From the NCBI RefSeq assembly GCF_009914755.1, contig NC_060946.1: a DNA stretch of 64,000 bases, one strand, 5' to 3'. Positions 36,971 to 50,540 of the stretch are shown here, piece by piece (position 1 is the stretch's first letter; each line of letters begins with the position of its first letter). The notes below the pieces were generated by a model. The model was not told the DNA's origin. It did no database searches and saw only the letters and a program-made list of their open reading frames with translations. The position numbers and the translations under genes are program-made. Source of the DNA: the human T2T-CHM13v2.0 reference genome, Homo sapiens.

Positions 36971-38636
36971 TGTTACGGGATCTTTGGGGTGTCACTTTTC
37001 TGGCCAGAAACCTGTGGCTGGTGGTGCCTTTGCCCGAGTTTTGCTCGGGCCCGCTGGGCTCATTCTGCCTACTCAGCCTGGCAGGCTGTGCTCGGATCAT
37101 GCTACCAGCCTGGATCCTGTGCATCTAAGGGAGGCTGTGAGTCAGGTATGGAGCAGCAAGGGGTGTGTGAGCAAGTGTGGGGTCCAGCTACTGTGTAGTC
37201 AGACACGCTGGCTGCTGCTGTGGGATGGGCAGTTCCAGGTGCCAGTATGGGTAGGTGCTGTAGCACTGTAGGTGCTGGAGTAAGGCTGCGGCTGGACTGG
37301 GTGCACTGCAAGCAGCTTCCCCAGCTGGCACCAGGAAATGCGGTGGCCCCCAGAAGCGTGGAGATGCCAGGAACCGCAGGGCCCCAAAGAGGGAGTCACA
37401 GACCTGGCTCGGGGAGCTCCCAGGTCTGGGTTCCCCAAAGGGCTGCAGCTCTTCTCTCCTTCTCTTCACCTGCAATGTGGCGAGCAAGGGGCATGTCTCA
37501 GCCCTGTTTGTGTCACAGCTCTCGTAGCATCACCGTTTTGGTGGGTCCCAAGTTCTTGTTGTGTGACCAAGAAGAATGAGGTATGCAGATGAGTGCAGGG
37601 TGAATAAGATGAAGATTATTGAGCAATGGAACAGCTCAGCAAAGACCCATAGTGAGCAGCTCCTCCTCATGGCCAGGGTGTCCCGATGAGTGTTCAGCTC
37701 CCAGCAAAGAGGGTGGCTCCTGTCTGCAGGCAGGTCATCCCAACAAGTGTTCAGATATCAGCAGAGAGGGTAGCTCCTCTCTGCAACTGGTCATCCATCA
37801 TCTCTCTGTCCTTTCTCTGCTCTAGCTGAAACTGGAACTTTTATGGGCCTCAGAGGGGAGGAGGTATGTGCTGATTGGTCCATGGGTGGCTATGGGTGGG
37901 CCTGGAAAAGGTGCCACAGGTCCCCACTCCAGTCTGCGGGACTGGCAGCCTGGCTCCCAGCCTTCAGGCCCTCCCTGGCTTGAAGATGGGACCTCAACAG
38001 GGACCCTCTCTGCTCAGGAGCCTGTCTGCCTCCTGCTGGCATTCATGGCGCCCAGGCTGTGGGTGCCAAGGGGCACCTGCATGCCAGCACTTAGCTGCTC
38101 TCAGTTCCCCATCGGCTTCCCTCCTATGCTCGATGGTGCCCAAAGTCCAGAGGAGGCCAAAGGTGGCAGTGGGCTGGCGTGTCAGCCCTGCCCTGAGCAT
38201 TTGCTCATCTGACCAGGCTGTGACAGTGCTTCGACTTGGCCCCGACTTTGCTCCAAGATCAGAGTGGGCACCGACAGCAGGGAGAAGCCAGGCAGTGGGA
38301 ACAGGCATTTCTGAGCCTGTGAGGGCAGGGGAGGCCCCGAAGAGTGCAGAGATGCCTGGGTCTGCAGCCGCGGTTTGGATGGCTGCAGCTGCACCCAGGA
38401 GGGTGGGGGTCCCGCCTGCTCCCAGGCCCTGAGAGCACAGGGATGCCTGGGTCTGTAGTTGTGGCTTGGGTGGCTGCAGAGGCACCCTGGGAGCTCCCAC
38501 CGTAACTCAGAAGGGTGGGGCTCCTGCTTGTCCCGGGCTCCCGCTGGCTCCATGGAGTGTGTAGCCCCAGCCATGCCTCTCTGCTACAGCTGGTGTGATA
38601 GCAGCAGCTGCTCCAGATGGCCAGCCACTGCAGTCA
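36971..38636 (-). mobile_element. ERV1 solo LTR, MER52A-like (1666 bp)
   Basis: tgttacgggatctttggggtgtcacttttctggccagaaacc...ccactgcagtca; perfect 4-bp TSD TTTG. Confidence 0.88.
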
Positions 38637-39296
38637 TTTGGTGCATAGGTATTTGTAGATGCTAGGTCTTCACCATAGTTAACATCCTTTGTCGTTATAA
38701 TGGGCTCCATTTTGTCCCCTTTAATGCTTTCTGTCTTGACTTCAACCCTATCTGATATTAAGATTTTAAGATTGAGACCTCTGCATTTTAATTTCCTCCC
38801 AACTTTTCTGAATCACTTTGTTTTAGGTGTGTGTCTTACATGTAGCATAGATTTAGGTTTTGTTTTGTGATCTAATCTTAGAGTTATTTTGTTTTCTTTT
38901 TATGAATGAAAAGCACAGTCTTTGAGACAGTCCATGAGTTATCAGTGCCTGGCATGGGCAGTTCTCCAGGGGGTGACCACTCGTCAAGTTTCTAACCAAG
39001 ATTTTCTTAGTCACTTTCTTTTCATAGGTAAGTTTAGCCCATATAAGTATCAATCTATAGATATATTGATAGTTTGGTTTTTATTCTGTCATAATTTTTT
39101 AGTTATGCCTTCTGTTAAAACCTTAAAAATCTTCCACGGTCCGTTTTCTTCATTCTTTGTGTCCCTATTACTTTTGATAATTTAGAATGTATATATTTTG
39201 TTTGAGGGATCACATTTTGTAATTGATGTAAAATTAACATGACATGAAATTAACCATTAACCATTAACGATTTTAAAGTGTACGATTCAGTGGTGA

Positions 39297-39479
<183 letters not shown>

Positions 39480-39977
39480 AACACATTACATATGATCATA
39501 AATATTTTTATGAAAAACTACTATATTTCCAAAACAAAAATTTAGCATTAAAGAGGGGCATGGTTTTACATTTTTGCAAATCTTTTCAGGGTCTGGCTTA
39601 AGAAGAGAGCTCATTTTCATATCTGCTTCTGCATTCAATGTGTCTTTTTTTTGAATTTTGAAGAAAATCTGGTTTAAGAAAGATGTGTAATTGGAAAAGA
39701 GTAGTTTGGAAGTCTTTTCAGATAATTGTGAATATTCTTTTGTTAAGTGGTGGTTTTTAAAAGGTTGGTGGCATTGTGGAATCTGAAACTATATCAATGA
39801 CATTTTGGTACTCTGTTACATTGTAATTGATTGTCTATCTTGCATTTTGAATGGATCTTTCACCCCTTTATAATTGTGTAACATTGCTTATTGGTCATTT
39901 GGAAAATGGTCCTGACTTATGCACATCTTCCAAATGTTGACATCTTACATTATACAGTATTAAAAAAATCACATTTA

Positions 39978-41620
39978 TTAAACTTAACCAAGGAGGTAAA
40001 AGACTTGTACACTGAAACCTGTAAAACCTGGCTGCTAGAAATTTAAAAAGACAAAAATAAATGAAACAATATCCTATGTTCATGGATTGGAAAGCTTAAT
40101 ATTATTAAGATGTCCATACTACCCAAAGTGATCTACAGGTCCAATGCAATTCCTATAAAAATCCCAATGGCAGGTTAAATTTTTTTTTTTTTTTTTACAG
40201 AAATGGAAAAGCTCATTCTAAAATTTATATGGAATCTTAAGGGATTCAAAACAATTTTTAAAGAGAAGAACAAAGTTGGAGGACTCACATGTCCTGACTT
40301 AATACATATTACAAAGTTACAGTAATCAAAACAGTGTGGTATTGGCATAAAGACAGACAAATAGACCAATGGAATAGAACAGAGAGTCCATAAATGAACT
40401 CTTGAATATATGGTGAAATGATCTTTAACAAGGTTGCCAAAACCACTTGATGGGGAAAGTGTCTCTTCAACAAATGGTTTTGGGAAAACTGAATATCCAC
40501 ATGCAAAATAATGAAGTTGGACCCTTTCTTATATCATATACAAAAATTAACTCAAAGTAGATTAAGGACTTAAATGTAAGACCTAAACTATAAAACTCCT
40601 AGAAGAAAGCAGAGGAAGAGCTTCACAACATTGGACTTCACAATGATTTCTTAGATATTACATCAAAAGCTCAGGCAACATAAGCAAAAATAGACAAATG
40701 GATACAATAAACAGAGTGAAAAGGCAACCTATGGAATAGAAGAAAATATTTGCAAATAATATATCTGATAAAGGGTTAATATCCAGAATACATAAAGAAC
40801 TTCTATAACTCAACAACAAAAAGCAAATAACCTGATTTAAAAATTGGCAAATGAGTAGACATTTCTTCAAAGATGATATACAAATGGCTAACAAGCATGT
40901 GAAAAGATGCTCAACGTCACTAGTCATCATAGAAAGGCAAACCCAAACCACAATGACGTGGCAAAGATATGGAGAAATTGGAAGCCTTGTGCATTGTTGG
41001 CGTGATTATAAAATGGCACAAATGCTATGGAAAACAGCATGGTAGTTTCTCAAAAAATTAAAAATGGAATTATCATATGATCCAGTAATCCCACTTTTGG
41101 GTATATATCCAAAAGAATTGAAAGCAGGGTCTTAAAGAGATATTTTGTATACCTATGTTCTTAGCACCATTATTCACAATACCCGACAGGTGGGAGCAAC
41201 CCAAATGCCCACTGACAGATGAATGGATAAACAAAATGTGTATGTAGATACAGTAGACTATTATTCAGTCTTGAAAAGAAAAGTCCTGTCCCATGCTACG
41301 ACGTGGATGAACCTTGAAGATATTATGCTAAATAAAACAAGCCAATCACACACAAAAAAATACAAATACTGCATGCTTCCACAATGTGAAGTGTCTAAAG
41401 CAGTTAAATTCATAGAAACAGAAAGTAGGATGGCGGTTACCAGGAACAGAGGGTAGGGAAAGGGGCGTTAGTGTTTAGTGGGCATGGACTTTTAGAATTG
41501 CAAGATCAAGAAGTTCTGGAGAGCTGTTTCTCAACCACGTGAATGTACTCACTGTCATTGAACTGTATATTTAAAATGGATAAGATGGCACTTCTTATGT
41601 GTTTTTTACAACAGTAAAGA
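39978..41620 (+). mobile_element. L1MB/late-L1MA 3' portion (ORF2 end plus 3'UTR) nested in Charlie1
   Basis: aaacttaaccaaggaggtaaaagacttgtacactgaaac...catggattggaaag...acatggatgaaccttgaa-like...tgtgttttttacaacagtaaa. Confidence 0.88.
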
Positions 41621-41790
41621 TGATCACACATGTTAATATCAGCACTGATCACATCAGAAAGGCCTTTAAATATTGAGAAGCTGCTATTCACAATGGTGAT
41701 CACGCATTTTCCAAAGCTCTAATTTTCACAAGAAAGTCACATTTTATTGACAACTACTGTCAGTTGTTTTCCTTGCAATGACAGGGTTAC

Positions 41791-41945
41791 TTTATTTATT
41801 TATATATATATTTATTTATTTATTTTGTAGAGATGGAGTCTTGCTGTGTTGCCTAGGCTGGTCCTGAACTCCTGGGTTTCAACAATTCTCCTGCCTTGGC
41901 CTCGCAAAGCATTGGGATTACAGGTGTGAGCCATGGCGCCCAGCC
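41791..41945 (-). mobile_element. FLAM_C / free left Alu monomer
   Basis: gtagagatggagtcttgctgtgttgcctaggctgg...gggattacaggtgtgagcca; TSD-like actttatttattt/actttgtttattt. Confidence 0.85.
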
Positions 41946-43324
41946 ACTTTGTTTATTTTTGAACAAAGAAAATATCTAATACCCAAATCTGTATAATCGT
42001 ATTTTGTCAGTTGTTCTTTCATGTACAAATTGTGTTCCATGAAAAAGGAGCTAGTCCAGCTCACCACTGAAACACGTGCACAAGAGCTTTTCCTGAAGGC
42101 AAGCATTGTGCTTCGTCTTGGAGCAGAATGCTTTCTATGTACCCCTCATCTTGACATGTAGAATGTTAAAAAGTTGTGTATTCAAGCACTGCAGTTTAAC
42201 AAAATTAATAATTTTTACTGTCATCAAGGACATATTTTTTCCTCTTTTGGACAAGCATGTGGCCATGATGAGCGCCGTGACTGCCAGTGTGGCTTGCTGT
42301 CTCTGCCTTCGTTGTGTAAGTGTTGGGCCAGTTTCACCGGGCATTGCTCTGACACCGTCAATGTAAATGTCAGCACAGTGTTCCAGAATAAATCATGAGA
42401 TTTTAAAAGCCATTCCACAGCCTGAATATTTCAACATCACTTGTGTTTGCTGTCAAGAAGTCACAGAAAAGACCTTCTTTGGTGATAAGTTAGTGCTGAT
42501 GCCAGACCGATGCAAGTACATAGCAACTCTAGCTATGTCTAGAGTCTTCCATTTGTAAGGAAAAAGCGCAATTCTGCCAACAAAATATTAACTCGATCTT
42601 CATGTTTGCAGCTCAGTATTTATTCAGTGAGTTACCATATCATTGGGAAGTGGCAATGCTGTGATTTCTTCCATTGACTTTTCAGCCAGCAGCCATGAGC
42701 GATGTCCACGTTCATGGCTATACTCTTCTCTTGGTTGTTGTACAGGCTTCTCCAGCCAGTGCGATGCGGCGACTCTGTAAGATGCTTCATTGGCTTTTTC
42801 ATTTCTGCTTTGAAAAGCTGCAACAAACAATTTTTGGCTTCTAAAGCTCTCATCACATCCATGTTTAAAATATTTCATTCGTTTTTTCTTTAAACTCTGA
42901 AAGATTGCTCTCAAAGTGCTGCCGCTACTTAACTGAGAGCATAATACTCTTTGAAAATGTTCTGTTGCATAAGACACAATAAAGCAAATATCAACATCTA
43001 TAAAGCCAAGGAAATAGCTCTTGTCATATTTTTGTTTTTTACTTACAGTTTCACCCAGTTTCCTTGGAGTAGATTCCTCCCTTTCATCATTTTCAGCATT
43101 TTTAGACATTGATGGTGCAGATGGGGATTGAGAAAGTCTTTTGATCTTCCTTGTTAAGCCACCAACTCATCTTTAAGTATAAATAACATTATAAATAAAT
43201 ATTAATTTTAGAATAAAATATTAGATTTTATATGTTTTTGACAAAATTTAAACACTTGGAAAATGTTCAAAAAATAAAATACTATTGCAAAACAAGACAA
43301 TAAAGAGAAACAGACTTGAGTTAA

Positions 43325-43532
43325 GGGAAAAGGAAAATCCTTCCAAGAACTGTTTAGAGCTGTCCCCAAATAGGGCAATTGTCCTTGGGAGGAGAGAATT
43401 GCCCATCAACAGAGGTAATCAAGTATTAGCTGGATAACAACAGGCTGGGTTACTGTGGAGGAAACTTATCACCCATTGGGAACTTGCACTCAGTAACTGA
43501 AGGTTCCCCAGCTTAGTGGTCTATATTCTGTG
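43325..43532 (+). mobile_element. L3/CR1 3' end relic
   Basis: agagctgtcc...gaattgcccatcaacagaggtaatcaag...gctggataac...gaaggttcccc...attctgtg resembles the CR1/L3 terminus. Confidence 0.55.
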
Positions 43533-44029
43533 CCCTGCATACCCCTGCTCCCCTGAGGTCTCCAGCAGCCCCCAACCCCCACACCCCATTTTCAAATCCA
43601 GTTCCTTCCCCATGGCTTCTCACTGCTCAGCCTTTTTGCATCCTTGAGGGCTTGGCACACATGCTCCATCTTGGTGCCTCCTCCTCCCCTGGCTTCCATG
43701 ACACTAAGCATCCTGGATTCTCCCACTACCCCAACCACCAAGCTCTGTCACCTCCATCTTCATCCCTCGAAGCTATAGGACTTAGTCAAGCCTGGTCCCA
43801 AGCCCTTCTCCTTGTTCCTACCCCCATTCTTCTGGGGGCCTCACTCCTTGTCTCAGCTTCGTGTTGGAGCTTTCTCTGCAGCTGCAAAGAAATGAGAGGC
43901 CATGTCTTCACAGTCACGGATTCTGAAACCCAACTGGGAGACGAAAGATGCCAGGAGGGAGAAGGGAGAGCCTTCAGAGCACACTGTGCCAACCAGAGAG
44001 AGCTGCGCTGTGATGATTACAATGCCACC

Positions 44030-44560
44030 TCCTCCTGAGTGCCTGCCAGTGCCATCCACGGGCCAGGGCTTTTACCTCGTTAATCCTCTCAACAACCCCA
44101 GAAGGTCATGCTCCACTATCTTTGTGGAGCTAAGAAAATGAAGATTCCAGATAGACGATGAAATGTGTCCCCCATCTCCTAGATGGAAAGAGGTAAAGCC
44201 AGGACTCCAGCCAGGGCTCTTCTCCCCTAGAGGCCTGTGCTGTTAACCTTCACGTGTCTCCTTAGGGAAATCCTCTGTTCTCCAGGTGGAGAGGCCAATG
44301 GGGGCAGAGGAGAAGGTCAGGAGGAGTTCACGGGAGGGAAACCCGGCAGTCAAGGCAGATAAGACATGGCGTGGGATCACACCTTTGGGGTCAGAATCCC
44401 ATCCCGCTGTTTAGTTGCTGCCCATGAGGGGTGGGTTTCATCTCTTCTCCTGTCCCTTGCATATGCAATGGGGTTTGGTGTCCCCACCTCACAGGGCTGT
44501 TGTGGGAGTTAAACAGCATGATATGTGTGAAGGAATTGCCCCCAGCTTGGCAGGGCAGGC
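44030..44560. mobile_element. Two MIR fragments (minus ~44030-44260, plus ~44370-44560)
   Basis: ttaatcctctcaacaacccc and acctcacagggctgttgtgggagttaaa MIR motifs. Confidence 0.65.
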
Positions 44561-45047
44561 CCACAGCTTGTGCCGTTCCCTTCTGCCTCGGAATGTTTTT
44601 CTCTCGGAACATGGTCTTCCTTTACAGGATTGGAGCACCCTGCATATAAATGACAGCCAACATGGGATTTCTCTTGCTTTAGCAGAGAGAAAAAATAGCC
44701 TTCAATTACTCAGTGTGCATTTCCATTCAAAATGCTTGGTTGCTATAGCAAAGATCATCGACCCAGAACTCGGGCACACATGCTGGATGGCAGCTTCTCC
44801 TGGGGCACGATGACAGCTCTGGTATCGACAGACCCACCGGGGGCTGTTCTGGGCCAGGGCCAGAGCTGACCAAAGAGGCTCCGTGGGCAGGCACATTCAG
44901 AGGCTGAATCAAGAAGGGAGCCCAAGGCACTGGTCTACAGAACCACTGCATTCCTCCAACCCAGCTGCATCCTGGGGAATGGGCCCTAGGCATCTGATCT
45001 TCCTGATGCATCTACTGCCCCCAACATTTCCACTGGTGGCAGGGTAG

Positions 45048-46156
45048 TGATAGTCGCAGGAGGCAATCAAATGCCTCAGTAGATAGGGGTGGGTTCCTGG
45101 TGAAACCCCACCTTCAAACCAAAGGCAGTTTAAAGCCTGAAGGCCAAGCTACAAGTCTCAGATAAATCCACGGACTGGCTTGAGAACCTCTCTTCCCATT
45201 TGGCGCACTTTCCTCTGATTGATCCCCACCCTTCACCTATTTTACATATACCTACCCTTCCCTAATTGGTTTTTTACACTGTCTTGCCCACCTTTGAATG
45301 TTGCCTTTGTTTTAGCCATTTTTGAATACTCACAAACCAATCAGCACACACTCCCCCATTCTGAGCCCATAAAAAGCTCTGGACCCAGTCACACTGGGAG
45401 AGAAACCACCCAACTTTGGGTGGGGTACCATGCTCACATCCTCTCTCCACTGAGAGCTGGCTCATCACTTAATAAAACTCATCTCCACCCTTCTCAATTT
45501 TTGATTGTCAGCATAATCTCATTCTTCTTGGACATGGGACAAGAACTCAGGACCCCACCGAATGTGGGTATGAAGAAGGCAGTAACAATGTAGCCCTCTG
45601 CCCCACCATCGGTGCTTGGCAGCTGCCCCATATGATGGAAAGCAGTGGTGGGGCTGGGCCAGCCCCAGAGCCACAGGCTGGAGTGGGGCAATGGGACTGA
45701 CAGAGCTGTTAACATGCCCCCATTCATTGGGCTGCAGTGGGACTAAAAGAGCTATTAGCACCCTGTAACACCCCTCTGAGGCTTCAGGGTCATGGGCTTC
45801 CCTGCTTGGGTGCCACCGCCTTCTGCTTGTCTGGACACTAGAGTCCACCATGGGAGTTGCTTGCAACATGCCTGGTCCAGCCACAAGCCTTGTACAGGGC
45901 CCGCTCCTGTGCCAGTGCTTGGAGTGGCCAGCCAGACCCCACACTCACTCGTCCATACACCTCCTCCTGCCAGGGGCTGAGTGTGCAGTCATGGAGGCCG
46001 TGGGATCTGCACTGGAGTGCAAGCCAAGTATGGCCCAATGGGCCAAGTGGGTGGGGCACCTCCTGTGGCAAGCCTGGGGCTGAGTGAGGCCTGGGCATGG
46101 GCATCGCCAGCTGGAGGTCTCCAGCATTCAAAGTGGCCAAGAAAAATCCTGCGTCA
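45048..46156 (+). mobile_element. ERV1 solo LTR, LTR28-like (LTR1/27/28 group), 1109 bp
   Basis: tgatagtcgcaggaggca...gaaaaatcctgcgtca; perfect TSD GTAG; CCAAT boxes, cataaaa TATA-like box and AATAAA retained. Confidence 0.82.
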
Positions 46157-46291
46157 GTAGGGGATAGGGAGGTTGGTTGCTGAACAGAGAGTGGATTCAC
46201 TATTTTTCCTTAAAAGGAAGAAGTCAAAAGAACAGCTCATTCTTGTCTTTGACCTGTAGAGACTTGTAAACTAAAAAACAATTTTAATAAC

Positions 46292-46648
46292 TGTATTAGT
46301 CTGTTCTCACACTGCTATGAAGAAATACCCAAGACTGGGTAATTTATGAAGAAAAGAGGTTTAATTGACTTACAGTTCTGCATGGCTTGGGAGGCCTCAG
46401 GAAACTTACAATCATGGCAGAAGGCACCTCTTCACAGGGCAGCAGAAGAGAGAAGTACTAAGCAAAGGGGGAAAAGCTCCTTATAAAACCATCAGATCTC
46501 ATGAGAACTCACTATTTCAAGAACAGCATAAGGATGACCAGCCTCATGATTCAATTACCTCCTGCCAGGTCCCTCCCACAACACGTATGGGTTATGGGAA
46601 CTACAATTCAAGATGTGATTTGGGTGGGGACACAGCCAAACCTTATCA
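46292..46648 (-). mobile_element. THE1 (C/D-like) solo LTR
   Basis: tgtattagtctgttctcacactgct...gggtggggacacagccaaaccttatca. Confidence 0.9.
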
Positions 46649-46949
46649 GCAACATAAAGGTAATCTCTTATAGAATGAAAAAAAGCCCACAGGATTCATA
46701 CTTTAAAAATCACTGGTTAGGAATAAAACCCCCAAATGACCATATTCATACTCACATAAATTTTTTTTTTAGGAAAAAGAAGGAGCACAAAAAATAAGCA
46801 CAAAACCTAAAAAGCATAAAGCAAAGGTTTAGAAGATCAACCATATCAATTTGGGTCATAAATAAATAAGCTTAATTTTTTTACTCAGAAAAAATACTTT
46901 CAAATTGGGCTTAAAAATAATAACCTACATATACACCTATTGTCCACTG

Positions 46950-47309
46950 AAGCATCCACCCATCCATCCGTCTATCCAGGAATCTGACCATCTATTTACC
47001 CATCAACCCACCCATCCATCCACCCATCCATTCCTCCATGAATCTGCCCATCTGTCCACCCATCACCTAGTCATCCGTCCATGCATCCATCTATGTATCC
47101 ATCCATCCATCCATGTATCCATCCATCCATCCACTAACCCACCTAGCCATGAATGAATCTATTCATCCATCTATCTGTCCATCTGTCCATCTATCCATCC
47201 ATTCATTCTCCCATCCTCAAATCTCTCTCCCACCTCTCCATTCGTGTATCCATCCACCCATCATATATACATGCAGGCATGCACACATCCATCCATCTAT
47301 CCAATCATT

Positions 47310-47310
<1 letters not shown>
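46950..47310 (+). repeat. Degenerate (CCAT)n tract abutting an L2 tail
   Basis: Many catccatc units. Confidence 0.9.
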
Positions 47311-48500
<1,190 letters not shown>

Positions 48501-48727
48501 TTTCATTCTGAGGGCGGGATGGGAAGGCACTGAGTTCATTAAGGCTGCTTAGGTCAATTAGTCCAATGGTGCAAATGACCTCAAATTCATCTGCAATGCA
48601 GCAGTTACTTGGCAGCAGAAATGTGTGACAAGGATTGAGAGCAGAAGCATATCTAAATTCCAGCACAAGAGGATCCACTTCAAAGCACCTATTGCAAACT
48701 GCTCATCTGATGAATGAAAAAGTGGCA

Positions 48728-49012
48728 TCAATGATACAATAATGATCATGGTAATGGTGGTGATTTAATGATGATGGTGATGGTAGTGGTGGTGATGATG
48801 ATGATGTGACAATGACAATGATAGTGATGATGATAATGATGACAACGATGATAATGGGATAATGATGGTGATGATCATGGTTGATGGTGATGGTGATGAT
48901 GACAATGACAACAATGATGGTGGTGATGACAATGATATTGATGATCATGATGACAATAGTGATAATGAGGTAATGATGGTAATGATGATGGTGATGGCAA
49001 TGACCACCATCA
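48728..49012 (+). repeat. Degenerate (GAT/GGT/AAT)n trinucleotide tract
   Basis: atgatggtgatgacaatg runs; adjacent to the 3' end of a minus-strand MIR. Confidence 0.9.
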
Positions 49013-49019
49013 TTATATA

Positions 49020-49240
49020 TTAGTATATATTGTGGTCTGTATTGTGCTTACTATTTGCTAGTCACTATTTTAAGCATGTTATCTAAATTAACTCGTTTAG
49101 TTCTCACAAAAGCTCTATGAGGAGATATTATAATCTTCACTTTACGTGTGGGGAACCTGAGGCACAGGGGGGCTATTATGACTTGCCCAGTGTTAAGTAG
49201 CTCATCAGAGTTATTAGCAAGGGCTGGGTACCAGCATTTG
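49020..49240 (-). mobile_element. MIR
   Basis: ttaactcgtttagttctcacaaa...gggaacctgaggcacag...tgacttgccca. Confidence 0.8.
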
Positions 49241-49489
49241 CCTCATCTAGAAGTTTATATGATGAAGGCAGGAAACATTTTGGAAAACGTTATTAGCCCT
49301 CAAAAAGGAGTGAGAACTGGGGTTTTTCTTACCACCTGGTGATTCTGCAGAAGCTTTGCCCTTGCTGTGAACCAAGGCTGGATATTCTAGGCATTGTATG
49401 GAAGATGGAAGGGAGAGGGAGTGAGGATGGCAAGGGCTTAGAGAAGTTGCTCCAAACCACATGCACTCTGTGTGGCTTTAGGAGAAAAG

Positions 49490-50540
49490 AAAGAAACTTT
49501 GGCTTGATATAAAGAAACCTTCTTAAACCCTCAGATCTGAGGTGAATGGCCTAGAGATGTAGTGAGTATCCTAACTCTACAGGTGTGCAAGTAGAGACTG
49601 ATCATAGTTTAAGGGGTTGGGTTTGGTAACTTCTGTGGCTCCTTTAAACTTTTATATTCTATTGTCCCCATTTCACAGATGGGGAAACTGAGACTCCATG
49701 AGATGACTTGTCCATGGATTCCATGGCAGTAAGAGGCAGATGCCAGACCCAGGCCTCTTTCCATTTTGCCTCAGCTCAGAGCTGGGAGATGGGAACACTT
49801 CTTCCTGATCCCTCATGTTTCCATGTGGAGGGACATCCTTTGGTGTAACTCCTGGACCCAGGTGGGGAACCGGGTGGTGGTTCTGCAAAACCAACTCATT
49901 GGATCCCAAGAGCCAGCTCAGTGTGACCTAACCTCTGCCAGGGTCTCAGGGACCAAGTGGCTCATCAGGGAGGGGGTCTTCCAGGGAAATCCAGGCAGGT
50001 CATGGGGTAGAAAGGGGATAGCTTTGGAGCCAGATGCTGTGTGACCTTGGGAGATCAGTTGCCTGCTCTGAGCCTGCATTCCCCGCCTATAAAGCCAAGC
50101 CCTCATGAAGATGAAGGGAGGTGGAGGGGACGAGAGTTCTTTAAACTCTGGGCATGAGAACAAGGGTGTCTGATTAGGCCCTGACCACCACCCAGCTCCA
50201 TCTTCCACACGTGCACTGCACAGCCCAGCCACACTGACCAGTCACGGTTCTCACTGAACTTGTTGCCTTCTTCGCTCAGCCTGGGTGGCCGTTCCCTGCA
50301 TTTCCATCCTCTCATCCACCTCGTCACACCCTCAAGGGTCATGTTCTCAGGATTCCCGTCTAGGCTTGTTCTCCTCCCAGCCTGAAAGAGAGCAGTGTCC
50401 TGTTTCCCAGCCTGGGGTCATCAAAGTCCTGACCACTATGTGGTTGCCCCCCATGCAGGCATCTCTTTCCCCAGGAGGACAGAGCTACATCTGGTGCTCA
50501 TCTGTTCCCTGCACATGGAATGTTTGTTGAATGAATAAAT
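49490..50540. mobile_element. Cluster of old fragments: L3 (~49490-49660), MIR- (~49665-49790), MIR+ (~50010-50110), L2 3' end (~50200-50540)
   Basis: cccatttcacagatggggaaactgagac; gctgtgtgaccttgg; tgtttgttgaatgaataaatg. Confidence 0.6.

Larger units (their letters stand above)
34370..39200 (-). mobile_element. Old L1M (L1ME/MD-like) fragments, interrupted by a MIR and a MER52 LTR
   Basis: T-rich block with reverse ORF2 motifs (tttgcattttctg, aattatataatctgcaaataa, tacattaatagatttcctaatgttgaaacatc). Confidence 0.65.
39480..43200 (-). mobile_element. Charlie1-type hAT DNA transposon remnant with decayed transposase, split by an L1 and a FLAM
   Basis: Minus-strand peptides KKQKYDKSYFLGF, KANEASYRVA, VKIINFVKLQCLNTQLF and LLQDEAQCLPSGKAL resemble Charlie/ZBED5-type transposase motifs; frameshifts and stops present. 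Confidence 0.85.

Noticed and set aside
40175-41456. L1 ORF2-like peptides
   Set aside because: These are fragmentary remnants of an old 5'-truncated L1, not a functional CDS.
42624-43109. 161-aa ORF as a domesticated ZBED-like gene
   Set aside because: Transposase similarity switches frames, key motifs are decayed and the element is interrupted by an L1 and a FLAM.
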